Shown: positions 35,614-44,985, counted from the first letter of the stretch. The stretch: DNA of 64,000 nucleotides from an uncultured Verrucomicrobiae bacterium (GCA_963836755.1 CAWIKF010000002.1:1440001-1504000), one strand, 5' to 3'. Program-made: numbers and translations. Notes: generated by a model from the sequence alone, not told the origin.

Positions 35614-35658
35614 GAGCCGCGCCAGCTCCGCCGGTCGCTGAGCTTGGGGTCGTGAGGT
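35529..35658 (+). repeat. attC site (GTG core)
   Basis: GGCTAAC...GTGAGGT. Confidence 0.8.
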
Positions 35659-35726
35659 GCCTCGCCGATCTCCCTTGACGCAAGACGAACTGGACCGACA
35701 AAGCATCAGGCAACTCCACATCCGCT

Positions 35727-36641
35727 ATGCCACACGACCACGAACACGGACATTCCCACACGCCACCGAGCAACAACGCTGCCTTTGCCATCGGCATCAC
35801 GCTCAATCTCGGTTTTGTAGTCGCCGAGGTGGTCTATGGCTTGGCGGCTCATTCGCTGGCGTTGCTTTCCGATGCCGGCCACAACATGAGCGACGTTCTC
35901 GGTCTGCTCATTGCGTGGGGAGCCATCCACATCGGCAAGTCTTTGCCCACCAAGCGGCATACTTACGGTTTGCGCCGCTCTTCTATTCTAGCCGCTCTCA
36001 CGAACGCCGTTGTTTTACTCATCGTAGTCGGCGGCATTACTTGGGAGGCTATCGGACGCATCGCTCATCCAGAAGTGGTTGCAGGCAGCACCGTCATGTG
36101 GGTTGCGGCCGCTGGCGTGGTCATCAACACTATTTCAGCGTTGCTATTCATGGCCGGGCGCGAGCACGACCTCAACATCAAGGGTGCGTTCATGCACATG
36201 GCAGGCGATGCGGCTGTCTCGCTTGGCGTAGTCTTCATCGGCTTCGCGATTCGCGCGACCGGCTGGCACTGGCTTGATCCGGCGGTTAGCATCCTTATCG
36301 GCGGCGTGATCGTTTGGGGCACCTGGGGTTTGTTGCGCGAGTCCGTCAACCTCGCGATGGACGCGGTTCCAGCAGGCATAGACCCTCACGCAGTCGAGGC
36401 GTATCTTGCCGGTCTAGCTGGTGTGCAGGCGGTTCACGATTTGCACATTTGGGGCATGAGCACCACGGAGTCAGCACTTACCGTTCACTTAGTCATGCCG
36501 CAGCCACCCGCAGACGACAAGTTCTTGCACGACGTCGGCCATGAGCTTCACGAGCACTTCGAGATAGGACACATTACCATCCAGATCGAGCACGGAGACG
36601 GGGATGTTACCTGCCACCAAGAGCCAGCGCATGTTGTCTAG
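35727..36641 (+). CDS. Cassette ORF, CDF-family Zn/Co/Cd efflux transporter (CzcD/ZitB-like)
   Basis: His-rich N-terminus, SLALLSDAGHN, HMAGD, VHDLHIW. Confidence 0.93.
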   Translation: MPHDHEHGHSHTPPSNNAAFAIGITLNLGFVVAEVVYGLAAHSLALLSDAGHNMSDVLGLLIAWGAIHIGKSLPTKRHTYGLRRSSILAALTNAVVLLIVVGGITWEAIGRIAHPEVVAGSTVMWVAAAGVVINTISALLFMAGREHDLNIKGAFMHMAGDAAVSLGVVFIGFAIRATGWHWLDPAVSILIGGVIVWGTWGLLRESVNLAMDAVPAGIDPHAVEAYLAGLAGVQAVHDLHIWGMSTTESALTVHLVMPQPPADDKFLHDVGHELHEHFEIGHITIQIEHGDGDVTCHQEPAHVV

Positions 36642-36665
36642 CTCCATTAGGGCACTTCGCGCGCC

Positions 36666-36962
36666 ATGCGTAATTTTTCACTCATCATTCTGGCAAGCGT
36701 TGCAGTTGGATGCGCTCCTGCTCAGCGCACGCACTGCGTGGCCGTTCGTAGCGGTGTTCTCGGTGAGGCCGACGTCATCGCGATTGCACGCGCAGAAGTG
36801 GCTAGGAACGACACATGGGTTTCCAGAGCGACATTCGATGCAAAGCGCGACGGAGCGGGTTGGTCGGTTCACGTTTGGCGTGAGCCTCGCACGCCCGGTG
36901 GTGACCGCATTGTTTTGATTGATGAGAGAGGCAGAGTCACCGCTTATTCCCGTGGAGAGTGA
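36666..36962 (+). CDS. Cassette ORF, small lipoprotein
   Basis: AVGC lipobox. Confidence 0.65.
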   Translation: MRNFSLIILASVAVGCAPAQRTHCVAVRSGVLGEADVIAIARAEVARNDTWVSRATFDAKRDGAGWSVHVWREPRTPGGDRIVLIDERGRVTAYSRGE

Positions 36963-36965
36963 ACG

Positions 36966-37089
36966 GCCTAACCATGCGATGCAGCGAACCGCTCCGTGCG
37001 TCACGGCACCTGCTTCCGCCGCCACCTTTCCGCCCACCATGCAGGTGCCGCGCCGCACTCCGCGGTCGCTGATCTTGTGGTCGTTAGGC
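36966..37089 (+). repeat. attC site
   Basis: GCCTAAC...GTTAGGC. Confidence 0.9.
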
Positions 37090-37109
37090 GACTCAGAGCA
37101 TCCTTTCCG

Positions 37110-37538
37110 ATGAACGCACGCTTTCAGCAGCAAAGACAGCGCCGAAGCAATCTTTCCATTGTTGCTCTGATCCTTCTTATCGCATTGCTTTTATTTCCAT
37201 CACTGGCCGGCCTGCGATTGGCTCGCTCTTTCGATCCGCGCTTTATCTTCGGCTATCTTGTCATTATCTCTGGGCTCACGTTTTGGCTCTACTGGCACGA
37301 CAAGCGCAGAGCAGAAGTGGATGGCTGGAGGACACCAGAAGCCACCTTGCATCTCGCCGAGCTACTTGGCGGATGGCCTGCTGCTTTTCTCGCCCAGCGC
37401 ACTTTTCGTCACAAGATTTCCAAGACCCGTTATCAAATCGCATTTTGGGCTATCGTTGCATTCCACGAGGCGGCATCGTTCGACTTTGTTTCCGAGTGGC
37501 ATTATTCCCGAGCAGCGATCAGACTCTTGCACCCATGA
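37110..37538 (+). CDS. Cassette ORF, DUF1294 membrane protein
   Basis: YWHDKRRA...WRTPEATLHLAELLGGWP...FRHK. Confidence 0.88.
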   Translation: MNARFQQQRQRRSNLSIVALILLIALLLFPSLAGLRLARSFDPRFIFGYLVIISGLTFWLYWHDKRRAEVDGWRTPEATLHLAELLGGWPAAFLAQRTFRHKISKTRYQIAFWAIVAFHEAASFDFVSEWHYSRAAIRLLHP

Positions 37539-37542
37539 AGTC

Positions 37543-37602
37543 GACTAACGCTGCGATGCAACTAATAGGCTCCGCCTCTAGCTGATCTTGTTTCCGTTAG
37601 GT
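37543..37602 (+). repeat. attC site (short form)
   Basis: GACTAAC...GTTAGGT. Confidence 0.8.
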
Positions 37603-37640
37603 GCCATTCGCACACCAATTTGAACGGTTCTCAAACGTGG

Positions 37641-38207
37641 ATGAAAACATCAAGCCAGAAGGCATTTACGTTGGTGGAGCTAATATGTGTTGTGGCGATT
37701 ATCGCCGTATTAGCTGCGCTGCTGGCGGGGCTTTATTCGCATGTTCAGGAATCCGGCAGGCAGACGAAATGCTTGCATAATCTCACTCAAATTGCGACAG
37801 CGGTGCATCTGTTTGCCATAGATCACGAAGGACGTTTTCCGGTTTTCAAGGATTTCGACGTGCCGCTCGAACCATACATTCCCGATCCGCGCATCTTTTA
37901 CTGTCCTTCGGCGGAGGGTAAAGGGAATCGCGCCGATGGGCGTCGAAATGACTATTTCTTGAGTCTAGCAGCGAACGACTGGGTCTGGGATGCGGATGGA
38001 CATATCCACGCCGTAGGCAAGCTCGCACTCGTGCAGCCGAATCCTTCAAGCACTGTTATGTGTGGCGACGCGACCGGAAGCCTCCTAGCGCTTAGCACCT
38101 CCGCAGGAATGGCGGAAGGTTTACTCAGGCATTCTTCCGGCGCCAATTATGTCTTTATGGACGGTCACGCGAAGCTCATGACACCGGAGGAGCAGATTCA
38201 ACCATGA
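37641..38207 (+). CDS. Cassette ORF, prepilin-type N-methylation / H-X9-DG protein
   Basis: AFTLVEL N-terminus; FYCPS; RHSSGANYVFMDGH. Confidence 0.9.
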   Translation: MKTSSQKAFTLVELICVVAIIAVLAALLAGLYSHVQESGRQTKCLHNLTQIATAVHLFAIDHEGRFPVFKDFDVPLEPYIPDPRIFYCPSAEGKGNRADGRRNDYFLSLAANDWVWDADGHIHAVGKLALVQPNPSSTVMCGDATGSLLALSTSAGMAEGLLRHSSGANYVFMDGHAKLMTPEEQIQP

Positions 38208-38238
38208 GGCGCTATTCAATCAAGAGCTTGAGATTGAC

Positions 38239-38298
38239 GCCTAACCATGCGATGCAGCTAACAGGCTCCGCCTGTAGCTGATCTTGTTCTCATTAGGC
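38239..38298 (+). repeat. attC site (short form, ATT core)
   Basis: GCCTAAC...ATTAGGC. Confidence 0.8.
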
Positions 38299-38313
38299 CC
38301 AGAAACCACCCTC

Positions 38314-38946
38314 ATGGAATTCAATCGCAAATGGTTACGAGAAAACGGTCTTTCTCTCGTCTTCTTCAGCCTCTTTTGCGCTGCTCTTATTGCCCAGAGC
38401 ATCTCAGGCTTTTTCGGATACTCCGACACCTTGGTGACGCTGCACCGGCCGCCGATTAGTTTTGTGAGTTATCTTGGCAGCGGAGACTTCCTCGAAGGGG
38501 TGTTCTCCAACTGGCAGGCCGCGCTCTTGCAGCTTGGCTGTCTCATTCTTTTCGGGGCGAAGCTACAGCAAAAAGGAGCCTCGCATTCGCTAAAATCCAC
38601 ACCCGGCAAGGAAAAGCAGCATGGCAGAAAACGTGGCTCGTGGCTGTATCGAAACTCCCTTTCGCTGGCCTTCGCCTTTCTCTTCGCAGGATCGTTCCTG
38701 GGCCACGTCGTCTTCGGGACGCGGGCTTTCAACGAAACCCGTTCCCTGCAAGGCCAGGCGCCGGTATCCGTCGCCGCTTATCTGCGCAGCGGAACCTTCT
38801 GGGCAAAAACAGTTCAGACGTGGCAGGCGGAATTCGTCGCCATCGGAGTATTCTTGGTCCTGAGCATTTTCCTGCGTCAGGAGGGGTCGGCCGAGTCCAA
38901 ACCCGTTGACAGCAGCGACGACGAAACCGGAGAGGTCAACCACTGA
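38314..38946 (+). CDS. Cassette ORF, DUF6766-like membrane protein
   Basis: RENGLSL...NWQ...LYRNSLSL...LRQEGSAESKPV. Confidence 0.75.
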   Translation: MEFNRKWLRENGLSLVFFSLFCAALIAQSISGFFGYSDTLVTLHRPPISFVSYLGSGDFLEGVFSNWQAALLQLGCLILFGAKLQQKGASHSLKSTPGKEKQHGRKRGSWLYRNSLSLAFAFLFAGSFLGHVVFGTRAFNETRSLQGQAPVSVAAYLRSGTFWAKTVQTWQAEFVAIGVFLVLSIFLRQEGSAESKPVDSSDDETGEVNH

Positions 38947-38952
38947 CCCAAC

Positions 38953-39055
38953 GCCTAACCACGCGCTCCAGCGAAGGGAGGCTGGCGGTGGGGCTTGCAT
39001 TGCAATCCACGCCTTGCGTCGCCAGCCTCGGTCGCTGAGCTTAAAGGCGTAAGGT
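38953..39055 (+). repeat. attC site (second family, GTA core)
   Basis: GCCTAAC...GTAAGGT. Confidence 0.8.
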
Positions 39056-39058
39056 CTC

Positions 39059-39441
39059 ATGACACACGTTTAAAGAATGACGAATTTCCCGAAAAATACC
39101 GGAAGTGGGTCGCCACTAATTTTAACAGCGATGTAAAAGAGCAGCTTTTCGACATTTACAAGGAGTCGATGTATGAGGAACAGAATGACGCCGGTAGAAT
39201 TTCCAAAACAATAGCGAAGGCATCCACGCTGTTCGCCAGATTGTCCCACGATCAGGAGAGAACCGCGAAGAAGCTCATAGGTCTCACTTGGGCGCTTATC
39301 ATCCTTACGTTGATCCTTGCGATTTTGACCGCTCCACTCGCGTATGAGTCCTATCTCAAAATACAGCAACACCATAAGACAGACAAAGACGGCACAAGCC
39401 AACAAAGGTGGCGTAGAGCCACACTAACTCCCAATCAATGA
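39059..39441 (+). CDS. Cassette ORF, single-TM protein; 5' end possibly frameshifted
   Basis: First ATG (39059) is out of frame with the long ORF; first in-frame ATG is at 39169. Confidence 0.4.
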
Positions 39442-39442
39442 G

Positions 39443-39473
39443 ACCTAACCATGCGATGCAGCTAACAGGCTCC
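39443..39473 (+). repeat. Truncated attC (right arm deleted)
   Basis: ACCTAACcatgcgatgcagctaacAGGCTCC joined directly to the next ATG. Confidence 0.8.
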
Positions 39474-39836
39474 ATGCGTGCGCTCGTATCATTCGCCCTT
39501 TTGCTGGCAGTTTGTAGCTGTTCGCACAGCCATGACACCACGGCTGATTCGCAGCTTCAGCGGTTGGTTGGCCAGACAGCGACATTGAGCGGTAAGTTCG
39601 AGTTAGCTGGTAAAGTTGGCCCTTATATTGATCGCACTGGCGAGCCAGTTTATCTAGTGCCGCATGGTTCGTTTAGTTGGGCTTCGGAGTATGAGAAGAT
39701 GCAAGGCAAGGTCGTAAGCATCACCGGCATTTTACGTTTTCAGCATTGTGATCGAGTCAAGAGTGACACGCTTGTTGACCAACCAGTGGATTATTTTTAT
39801 TTTGACGCAGAGACAGCTAAGATCAGACTGGAATGA
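39474..39836 (+). CDS. Cassette ORF, lipoprotein
   Basis: MRALVSFALLLAVCSC signal. Confidence 0.7.
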   Translation: MRALVSFALLLAVCSCSHSHDTTADSQLQRLVGQTATLSGKFELAGKVGPYIDRTGEPVYLVPHGSFSWASEYEKMQGKVVSITGILRFQHCDRVKSDTLVDQPVDYFYFDAETAKIRLE

Positions 39837-39843
39837 GTATGGA

Positions 39844-39942
39844 GCCTAACAAGTCGCCGGAGCCGACCGCGGTTGGCGCTTGCCGTTCCGCTATCGCGGT
39901 TCACGCCGCGAGTCGGCGGTGGCTCAGCTATCTACGTTAGGC
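39844..39942 (+). repeat. attC site (third family)
   Basis: GCCTAACaagtcgccggagccgaccgc...gtcggcggtggctcagct...GTTAGGC. Confidence 0.85.
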
Positions 39943-39953
39943 CTCTATCCACT

Positions 39954-40361
39954 ATGCCGAAAGAACCTGCACCACTGAAGTTGAAGATAGTAGCTTATCT
40001 CTCCCTACTCTCTGGCGTTTCTGCCGTCATCAAGTGTTTCGTTTCTCTATCGCACAATTCGCTCTATCTGCCTTTTGACGCACTTGGCATTCCCATCTGT
40101 TTTGGCCTGCTCTACTACCGTCCAGCATGGCGCACACTCGCACTGATCTTCATCTGGATCGCTCTTGTCATGCTGCCGATTATTTTTGGCATGGGCTTCT
40201 TCGCTCAGACTACATATTTTGAGTTTCTGGGCATTCACATCGCCGATATTCCACGAATCCTGTTTTTTATTTTGGCGATCGCAGTTTATTCTCTCGTCGT
40301 TTGGCAGTATCGCGTTTTAACCGATCACTCAATTAAGCGTTTATTCCATGAACCGGCCTAA
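39954..40361 (+). CDS. Cassette ORF, 4-TM membrane protein
   Basis: Stop TAA lies within GCCTAAC of the next attC. Confidence 0.7.
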   Translation: MPKEPAPLKLKIVAYLSLLSGVSAVIKCFVSLSHNSLYLPFDALGIPICFGLLYYRPAWRTLALIFIWIALVMLPIIFGMGFFAQTTYFEFLGIHIADIPRILFFILAIAVYSLVVWQYRVLTDHSIKRLFHEPA

Positions 40362-40469
40362 CATGCGATGCAGGTAACAGGCTCCGCGCCTCACGGTAGC
40401 TGCTCGCAGACCCGCCGTGGCAGCTACCGCGCCGCGCTCCGCCTGTAGCTGATCTTGTTCTCGCCGGGC
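40356..40469 (+). repeat. Terminal attC (core replaced by GCCGGGC)
   Basis: Main-family sequence up to cttgttctcG, then chromosomal DNA. Confidence 0.8.
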
Positions 40470-40554
40470 GGCTCACACGCTTTTTACACCTGCAAATGAA
40501 AAGCCGCTGATCGCTTTCCATCGCCGCGCCTTTCGTATAGAGGAAAGCGCGCCA

Positions 40555-41427
40555 ATGGAATTCGAGATCACGCACACCACGCATTATCGCTACGGGAATC
40601 CGGCGGCGGAGGCTTATGGCGAGGCGCGGTTGACGCCGCCCGATTTGCCATCGCAAACAGTCGTAAAACATGCGTTGTCCATCGAGCCGGCGACGAGCAC
40701 GTCGCGCTACGTGGATCATTATGGAAATGCGGTGGACTTTTTTTCGCTGCCGTATTTGCACAAGAAATTGGTCGTGAAAAATGAGATGGTGGTCCGGACG
40801 CGCCCGCCGGTGCGCCCGGTCGAAAGTCTCGAGCTGACAGTGGGCGAGGCGCGGCAAATTTTTACTTCGGCGCTGCCCGATATTTTCGATTATCTCCAGC
40901 CGACGGAGATCGTGGAGATCGGGAGCAATCCGCTGCAATGGGCGCGAAAGTTTTTGCCGCCAAAAGCGGTGCTCGGCGAGGCGCTGCCGCGCTTGAATGC
41001 AGCGATCCACGAGAGCTTCGATTACGCGAAAGGCGCGACCGATAATTCGACGACCTTGTCGGCAATCTGGAAGCAGCGCAAAGGCGTCTGCCAGGATTTC
41101 GCGCACGTGGCGCTCAGTATTTTGCGCACCGCCGGACTGCCCGCGCGCTACGTCTGCGGCTACATCGAGACCGACCCGCCGCGTGATGGGACGGCGGCTT
41201 TGACCGGCGCCGTCGCGACGCACGCGTGGATCGAAGCGCTGGTGCCGGGGATGGTGTGGGTGGCGCTCGATCCGACGAATCGGCAGTGGATAAACGAGCG
41301 CTACGTGGCCGTCTCGTTCGGGCGCGACTCGCGTGACGCGACGCCGCTGCGCGGCACGTTCAAAGGCTCGGGCGGACAGAAGATGGATGTGAAAGTGGTG
41401 ATGAAAAGACGGGCGGAAAAAAAATGA
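40555..41427 (+). CDS. Transglutaminase-like protein
   Basis: ITHTTHYRY N-domain, GVCQDFAH, THAW, LDPTN. Confidence 0.93.
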   Translation: MEFEITHTTHYRYGNPAAEAYGEARLTPPDLPSQTVVKHALSIEPATSTSRYVDHYGNAVDFFSLPYLHKKLVVKNEMVVRTRPPVRPVESLELTVGEARQIFTSALPDIFDYLQPTEIVEIGSNPLQWARKFLPPKAVLGEALPRLNAAIHESFDYAKGATDNSTTLSAIWKQRKGVCQDFAHVALSILRTAGLPARYVCGYIETDPPRDGTAALTGAVATHAWIEALVPGMVWVALDPTNRQWINERYVAVSFGRDSRDATPLRGTFKGSGGQKMDVKVVMKRRAEKK

Positions 41428-42263
41428 AAATCGAGGTGCGCTACGAGACGCAATACCGATACGAAAGCGAGGTCAGCTTTTCGCCGCACACGTTCCGGAT
41501 TTTTCCGAAGACGGACTATTTCGTGGCGATGGAAGCGATGAAATTTACGACGAACGAAGGCGCTTCCGTGCAGCATCGCCGCGACATTTTCGACAACCCG
41601 GTCGCGTTCTGTTTTTATCCTGTCAAGGGTCGCGACCTGCACGCGGAGCTGGCGATGACGCTGCAGCTGCGGGAGAGAAACGCGTTTGATTTTTTGCTCG
41701 AGGGACGCGCGACTGACTTTCCGTTCCGTTATCAAAGTGATGAACAGCGTGTGCTCGCGCCGTATTTGCAAACGTCGGGCGCGATCGATCTCGGTTTTTG
41801 GCACCCGGCCCGGAAGCCGACGGTGTTGGCGCTGGTGGAATTGAACGAGGCGCTGCATGACAATCTCGGCTACGAACGGCGCGACGAAGGGACGGCGCGA
41901 TCGCCCGCGGAGACTGTGGCAATCGGCTCTGGCGCCTGTCGCGACTTCGCGGTGCTGCTGGCGGAAACGTTGCGCGGGGAGGGGATCGCAGCGCGATTGG
42001 TGAGCGGATTTTTGTGCGAATTTGGCGAGGGGGAAAAGCGCGCGGAGGGAGCGATGCACGCGTGGACGGAAGCGTATTTGCCGGGCGCGGGCTGGGTTGG
42101 TCTCGATCCGACGAACGGAGTTTTTTGCAATCACAATCACATCACGACGGCCGTGGGACTTTTGCCGCGAGACGTGACGCCGGTGAGCGGCAGCTATTAT
42201 CACAAGACGCATGTCGCCGCGGAAATGAGCGCGAAGCTGGAGATGATTCCGTGCAAAGAGTGA
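41424..42263 (+). CDS. Transglutaminase-like protein
   Basis: GACRDFA, MHAWTEAYLPGAGWVGLDPT. Confidence 0.93.
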   Translation: MKIEVRYETQYRYESEVSFSPHTFRIFPKTDYFVAMEAMKFTTNEGASVQHRRDIFDNPVAFCFYPVKGRDLHAELAMTLQLRERNAFDFLLEGRATDFPFRYQSDEQRVLAPYLQTSGAIDLGFWHPARKPTVLALVELNEALHDNLGYERRDEGTARSPAETVAIGSGACRDFAVLLAETLRGEGIAARLVSGFLCEFGEGEKRAEGAMHAWTEAYLPGAGWVGLDPTNGVFCNHNHITTAVGLLPRDVTPVSGSYYHKTHVAAEMSAKLEMIPCKE

Positions 42264-44236
42264 AGTCCGGCACGGCCGAAGAGGTCGCGAAAAAAGTCAC
42301 CGCGCGGCTGCGCAAACTGCGCGTGCAGCTCACGCTCGGCGGCGAGCCAAGCTACGTGCCGGTCGAGCCGGAAGGGATGGAATGGAGCATCACGGCGCTC
42401 GGCCCCGAAAAGCTGCGATACGCGCACGCGCTGGCGGCGGAACTGGTGGAAAAAGTTTTGCCGGGCGCAGTCGTTTTCTTTTCGCCGGGGAAAACGTATC
42501 CGGGCGAAACCAATCCGCGCTGGGCGCTGCACCTGCTCTGGAATCAAGACGGCAAGCCGATCTTCGCCGCATCGCCCAATGCGAGAAAATTGACGACGCC
42601 CATGCTCAAGCGCGCGCTCGCGCTAGCGCTGAAGGTCGGGCCGAACTGGATTCGCGCGGTCGATCCGGACGCGCCGGAGCGGGAAATTTGGGTGCTTCCG
42701 CTCGATCACAACGGCAGAAAATGGGGCAGCGAAAAATGGCCTCTCGGCAAGCGGATCGAGCTGCTGCCGGGCAGCGCGCCCGCGGGACTTCGGCTGCCGT
42801 TGCACCTGCTGCCGGACGCGGCGCTCAAGCGCGCGCTCGTAGTCGAGCCTGGCGATGGCGCGCTGCACATTTTCTTCCCGCCGCTGCTTCAGCCGGCGTT
42901 TTCAAAGTTGCTGCACGTGTTTCACATTGTGCCGCAGGCGTTTTTCTCCGGCTACGTTCCCGACGATGAGGCTGGTGTGTGGGGAAAACTTTCACTCACA
43001 CCGGACCCGGGCGTGCTCGAGATCAATCTCCCGCCGTGCGCAGATGCCGCAGCCTATGGCCGCTGGCTCACCGATCTCGAGCGATGTGCGACCGCGGTTG
43101 GTTTACGCTCATTTAAACAGCGTGCATCGGGCGAAACAGCCGGCACCGGCGGCGGCAATCATCTTCTTTTTGGCGCGCCACCTTTCGCGCCAAACGCATT
43201 TTTCACCCGTCCGCGCTGGATCCCTGCGATAATGCGCTATTGGCAACGGCATCCGGCGCTCTCGTATTTGTTCACCGGCGACTATGTCGGCCCGTCGTCG
43301 CAGGCGCCGCGGCCCGACGAGTCGGCGAGCGCGCTTTACGATCTCGAGATGGCTTATCAGTTTCTGGAAAAACTTCCTGCCGGCCGCGACCATCGCCATC
43401 TCATCAGCGAAACGCTGCGGCATTTGCACACCGACGGCTCGGGCAACACCCACCGGAGCGAGGTTTCATTCGACAAGTTTTGGAACGTGAGCTCGCTGGG
43501 CGGCTGCCGCGGACTGATTGAATTCCGCGCCGTCGAAACAATGCCGCACGCCGAATGGATGGCCGCGGTCGCCGCGCTCTGGCACGCGCTGGCCGCGATG
43601 CTATTGGAGAAAAAAATCAAGGGCCCGCTGGTCGAGCACGGCAGCAGACTGCACGATTATTTTTTCCTGCCAAACCTGCTCTGGAGCGACTTTGAGGAAG
43701 TCCTGCACGATCTGCGCGCGGCTGGATTTGATTTTGCGCCCGACATTTTCCGCGAGATATGGAACTGGCGTTTTCCGTTTATGCTCAACTTTGAAAACGA
43801 CGGCGCGGGACTCATGGTGCGCAAGGCGCTCGAGGGCTGGCCGCTGCTTTGCGAGACGCCGCTCGAAGGCGGATCGACGAGCCGCTTCGTCGACACGTCC
43901 ATGGAGCGGCTGGAGTTTTTTGCGAACAAACATTTCCTGACGCGACATCGTATCTTCGTCGAAGGGCGCGAGCTGGCGCTCCAGCCGCTGCCCGCGGGCG
44001 ACTACGGCGCGGGTCTCCGCTACCGCCGCACGGCGCTGCATCCCTCGCTTCATCCGGGCATTGCGCCGCACATGCCGCTTCGGCTGGAAATCGCTTCCGG
44101 TGCGCAGAGTTGGAACTTTCGACTCGAGCCGGGCAAGCGGGAGTTTCAATCAAGCGCTGCCCGCCCGCCGAAACGTCGCTCGCCTTGCAAAAAGCTGCAT
44201 CCCGAGCTGCTGACCTACGACCTTCGTCTGGCGTGA
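42260..44236 (+). CDS. DUF2126 putative amidoligase
   Basis: LTLGGEP, YPGETNPRW, TPDPGVLEINLPP, GTGGGNH, GNTHR. Confidence 0.88.
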   Translation: MKSGTAEEVAKKVTARLRKLRVQLTLGGEPSYVPVEPEGMEWSITALGPEKLRYAHALAAELVEKVLPGAVVFFSPGKTYPGETNPRWALHLLWNQDGKPIFAASPNARKLTTPMLKRALALALKVGPNWIRAVDPDAPEREIWVLPLDHNGRKWGSEKWPLGKRIELLPGSAPAGLRLPLHLLPDAALKRALVVEPGDGALHIFFPPLLQPAFSKLLHVFHIVPQAFFSGYVPDDEAGVWGKLSLTPDPGVLEINLPPCADAAAYGRWLTDLERCATAVGLRSFKQRASGETAGTGGGNHLLFGAPPFAPNAFFTRPRWIPAIMRYWQRHPALSYLFTGDYVGPSSQAPRPDESASALYDLEMAYQFLEKLPAGRDHRHLISETLRHLHTDGSGNTHRSEVSFDKFWNVSSLGGCRGLIEFRAVETMPHAEWMAAVAALWHALAAMLLEKKIKGPLVEHGSRLHDYFFLPNLLWSDFEEVLHDLRAAGFDFAPDIFREIWNWRFPFMLNFENDGAGLMVRKALEGWPLLCETPLEGGSTSRFVDTSMERLEFFANKHFLTRHRIFVEGRELALQPLPAGDYGAGLRYRRTALHPSLHPGIAPHMPLRLEIASGAQSWNFRLEPGKREFQSSAARPPKRRSPCKKLHPELLTYDLRLA

Positions 44237-44249
44237 CCGTGCGAAAAAA

Positions 44250-44321
44250 TGGGCAGTGAGGGGATCGAACCCCCGACCAACTCGGTGTAAACGAGCCGCT
44301 CTACCGCTGAGCTAACTGCCC
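44250..44321 (-). tRNA. tRNA-Val(TAC)
   Basis: GGGCAGTTAGCTCAGCGGTAGAGC-GCTCG-TTTACAC-CGAGT...GGTTCGATCC...ACTGCCCA; CCA not encoded. Confidence 0.96.
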
Positions 44322-44533
44322 TGAGTGATTCACGACGTCGCGCCTTGCACGCTGCATCGGGGCGAGCCTTTCTCGCTGGTCAACATCGGGCGTCTACTAT
44401 GCGATGGACCGCCATCAGGGCAAGTGGATTCGACGCGGTCATCAGACCGACGACAGGGGCTGCGTCGCCGCGCGACACGGCTTGTGACCTCAGGGCAAGG
44501 TCGTGCGGCGCAAAAATCTCAGGCAGAAAACTG

Positions 44534-44752
44534 CTACATCGAGTCGAACCTTGCAGCGGCGCGAGCGTCTTCGCGTTCGCCGCGTTCCTGCCAGCGATCC
44601 TGACGGGCGGAGGTGCGGGAATCCATGCGGTCCTGGCGATTATCGAGGCCAGAGGCGCGCGCGTCTTGCACTCCGTGCGTGGAGCAGGCGGGGAGCAGGA
44701 TAAAAGTGCCGAGGAGTGCGACAGCGGTGATGAGAGCGGCGAGTGATTTCAT
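44534..44752 (-). CDS. Small lipoprotein
   Basis: LPAC lipobox; RQDR repeats. Confidence 0.7.
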   Translation of the reverse strand: MKSLAALITAVALLGTFILLPACSTHGVQDARASGLDNRQDRMDSRTSARQDRWQERGEREDARAAARFDSM

Positions 44753-44874
44753 AGTGGAGGACGGATCATGCCTTGCGTTTCGCGGCGCGGAGCGGGCACC
44801 TTGCAGTCGTCGACGATGGCGGTGAGTGGCGTGGGCATTGCAAGGGAAAGGTGACGGTTTATGCGAACCGTTAA

Positions 44875-44892
44875 ATCGGACTTTGGTCGTAT
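44875..44892. promoter_or_regulatory. 18-bp palindromic box 1
   Basis: ATCGGAC-TTTG-GTCGTAT. Confidence 0.7.
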
Positions 44893-44985
44893 GCGTATTC
44901 GCTGCGCTGCCGCCAGCTCAAGATCCCAGTCTGCGGATCCCCAAGCTTAAAGCGGTGACCGCCTATCCTTGCCCGCCGAGCAGCA

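Larger units (their letters stand above)
28346..40469 (+). mobile_element. Integron gene-cassette array (about 18 attC-like sites; no intI in window)
   Basis: Short co-oriented ORFs, each followed by RYYYAAC...GTTRRRY imperfect hairpins; cassette ends are mutually complementary. Confidence 0.92.

Noticed and set aside
28824..40469. Recurring 'cctaaccatgcgatgcagc' repeats as CRISPR, REP or MITE elements
   Set aside because: They are separated by whole genes, always follow stop codons, and have RYYYAAC/GTTRRRY ends, which fits attC
44250..44321. tRNA-Val as attachment site of the prophage or island
   Set aside because: No duplicated tRNA 3' end or tyrosine integrase is seen, and the prophage is transposase-based and 16 kb away
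44827..44842. sigma54-like TGGCGTGGGCATTGCA on the + strand
   Set aside because: It points at the 3' end of sulP with no + strand gene downstream; chance match not excluded
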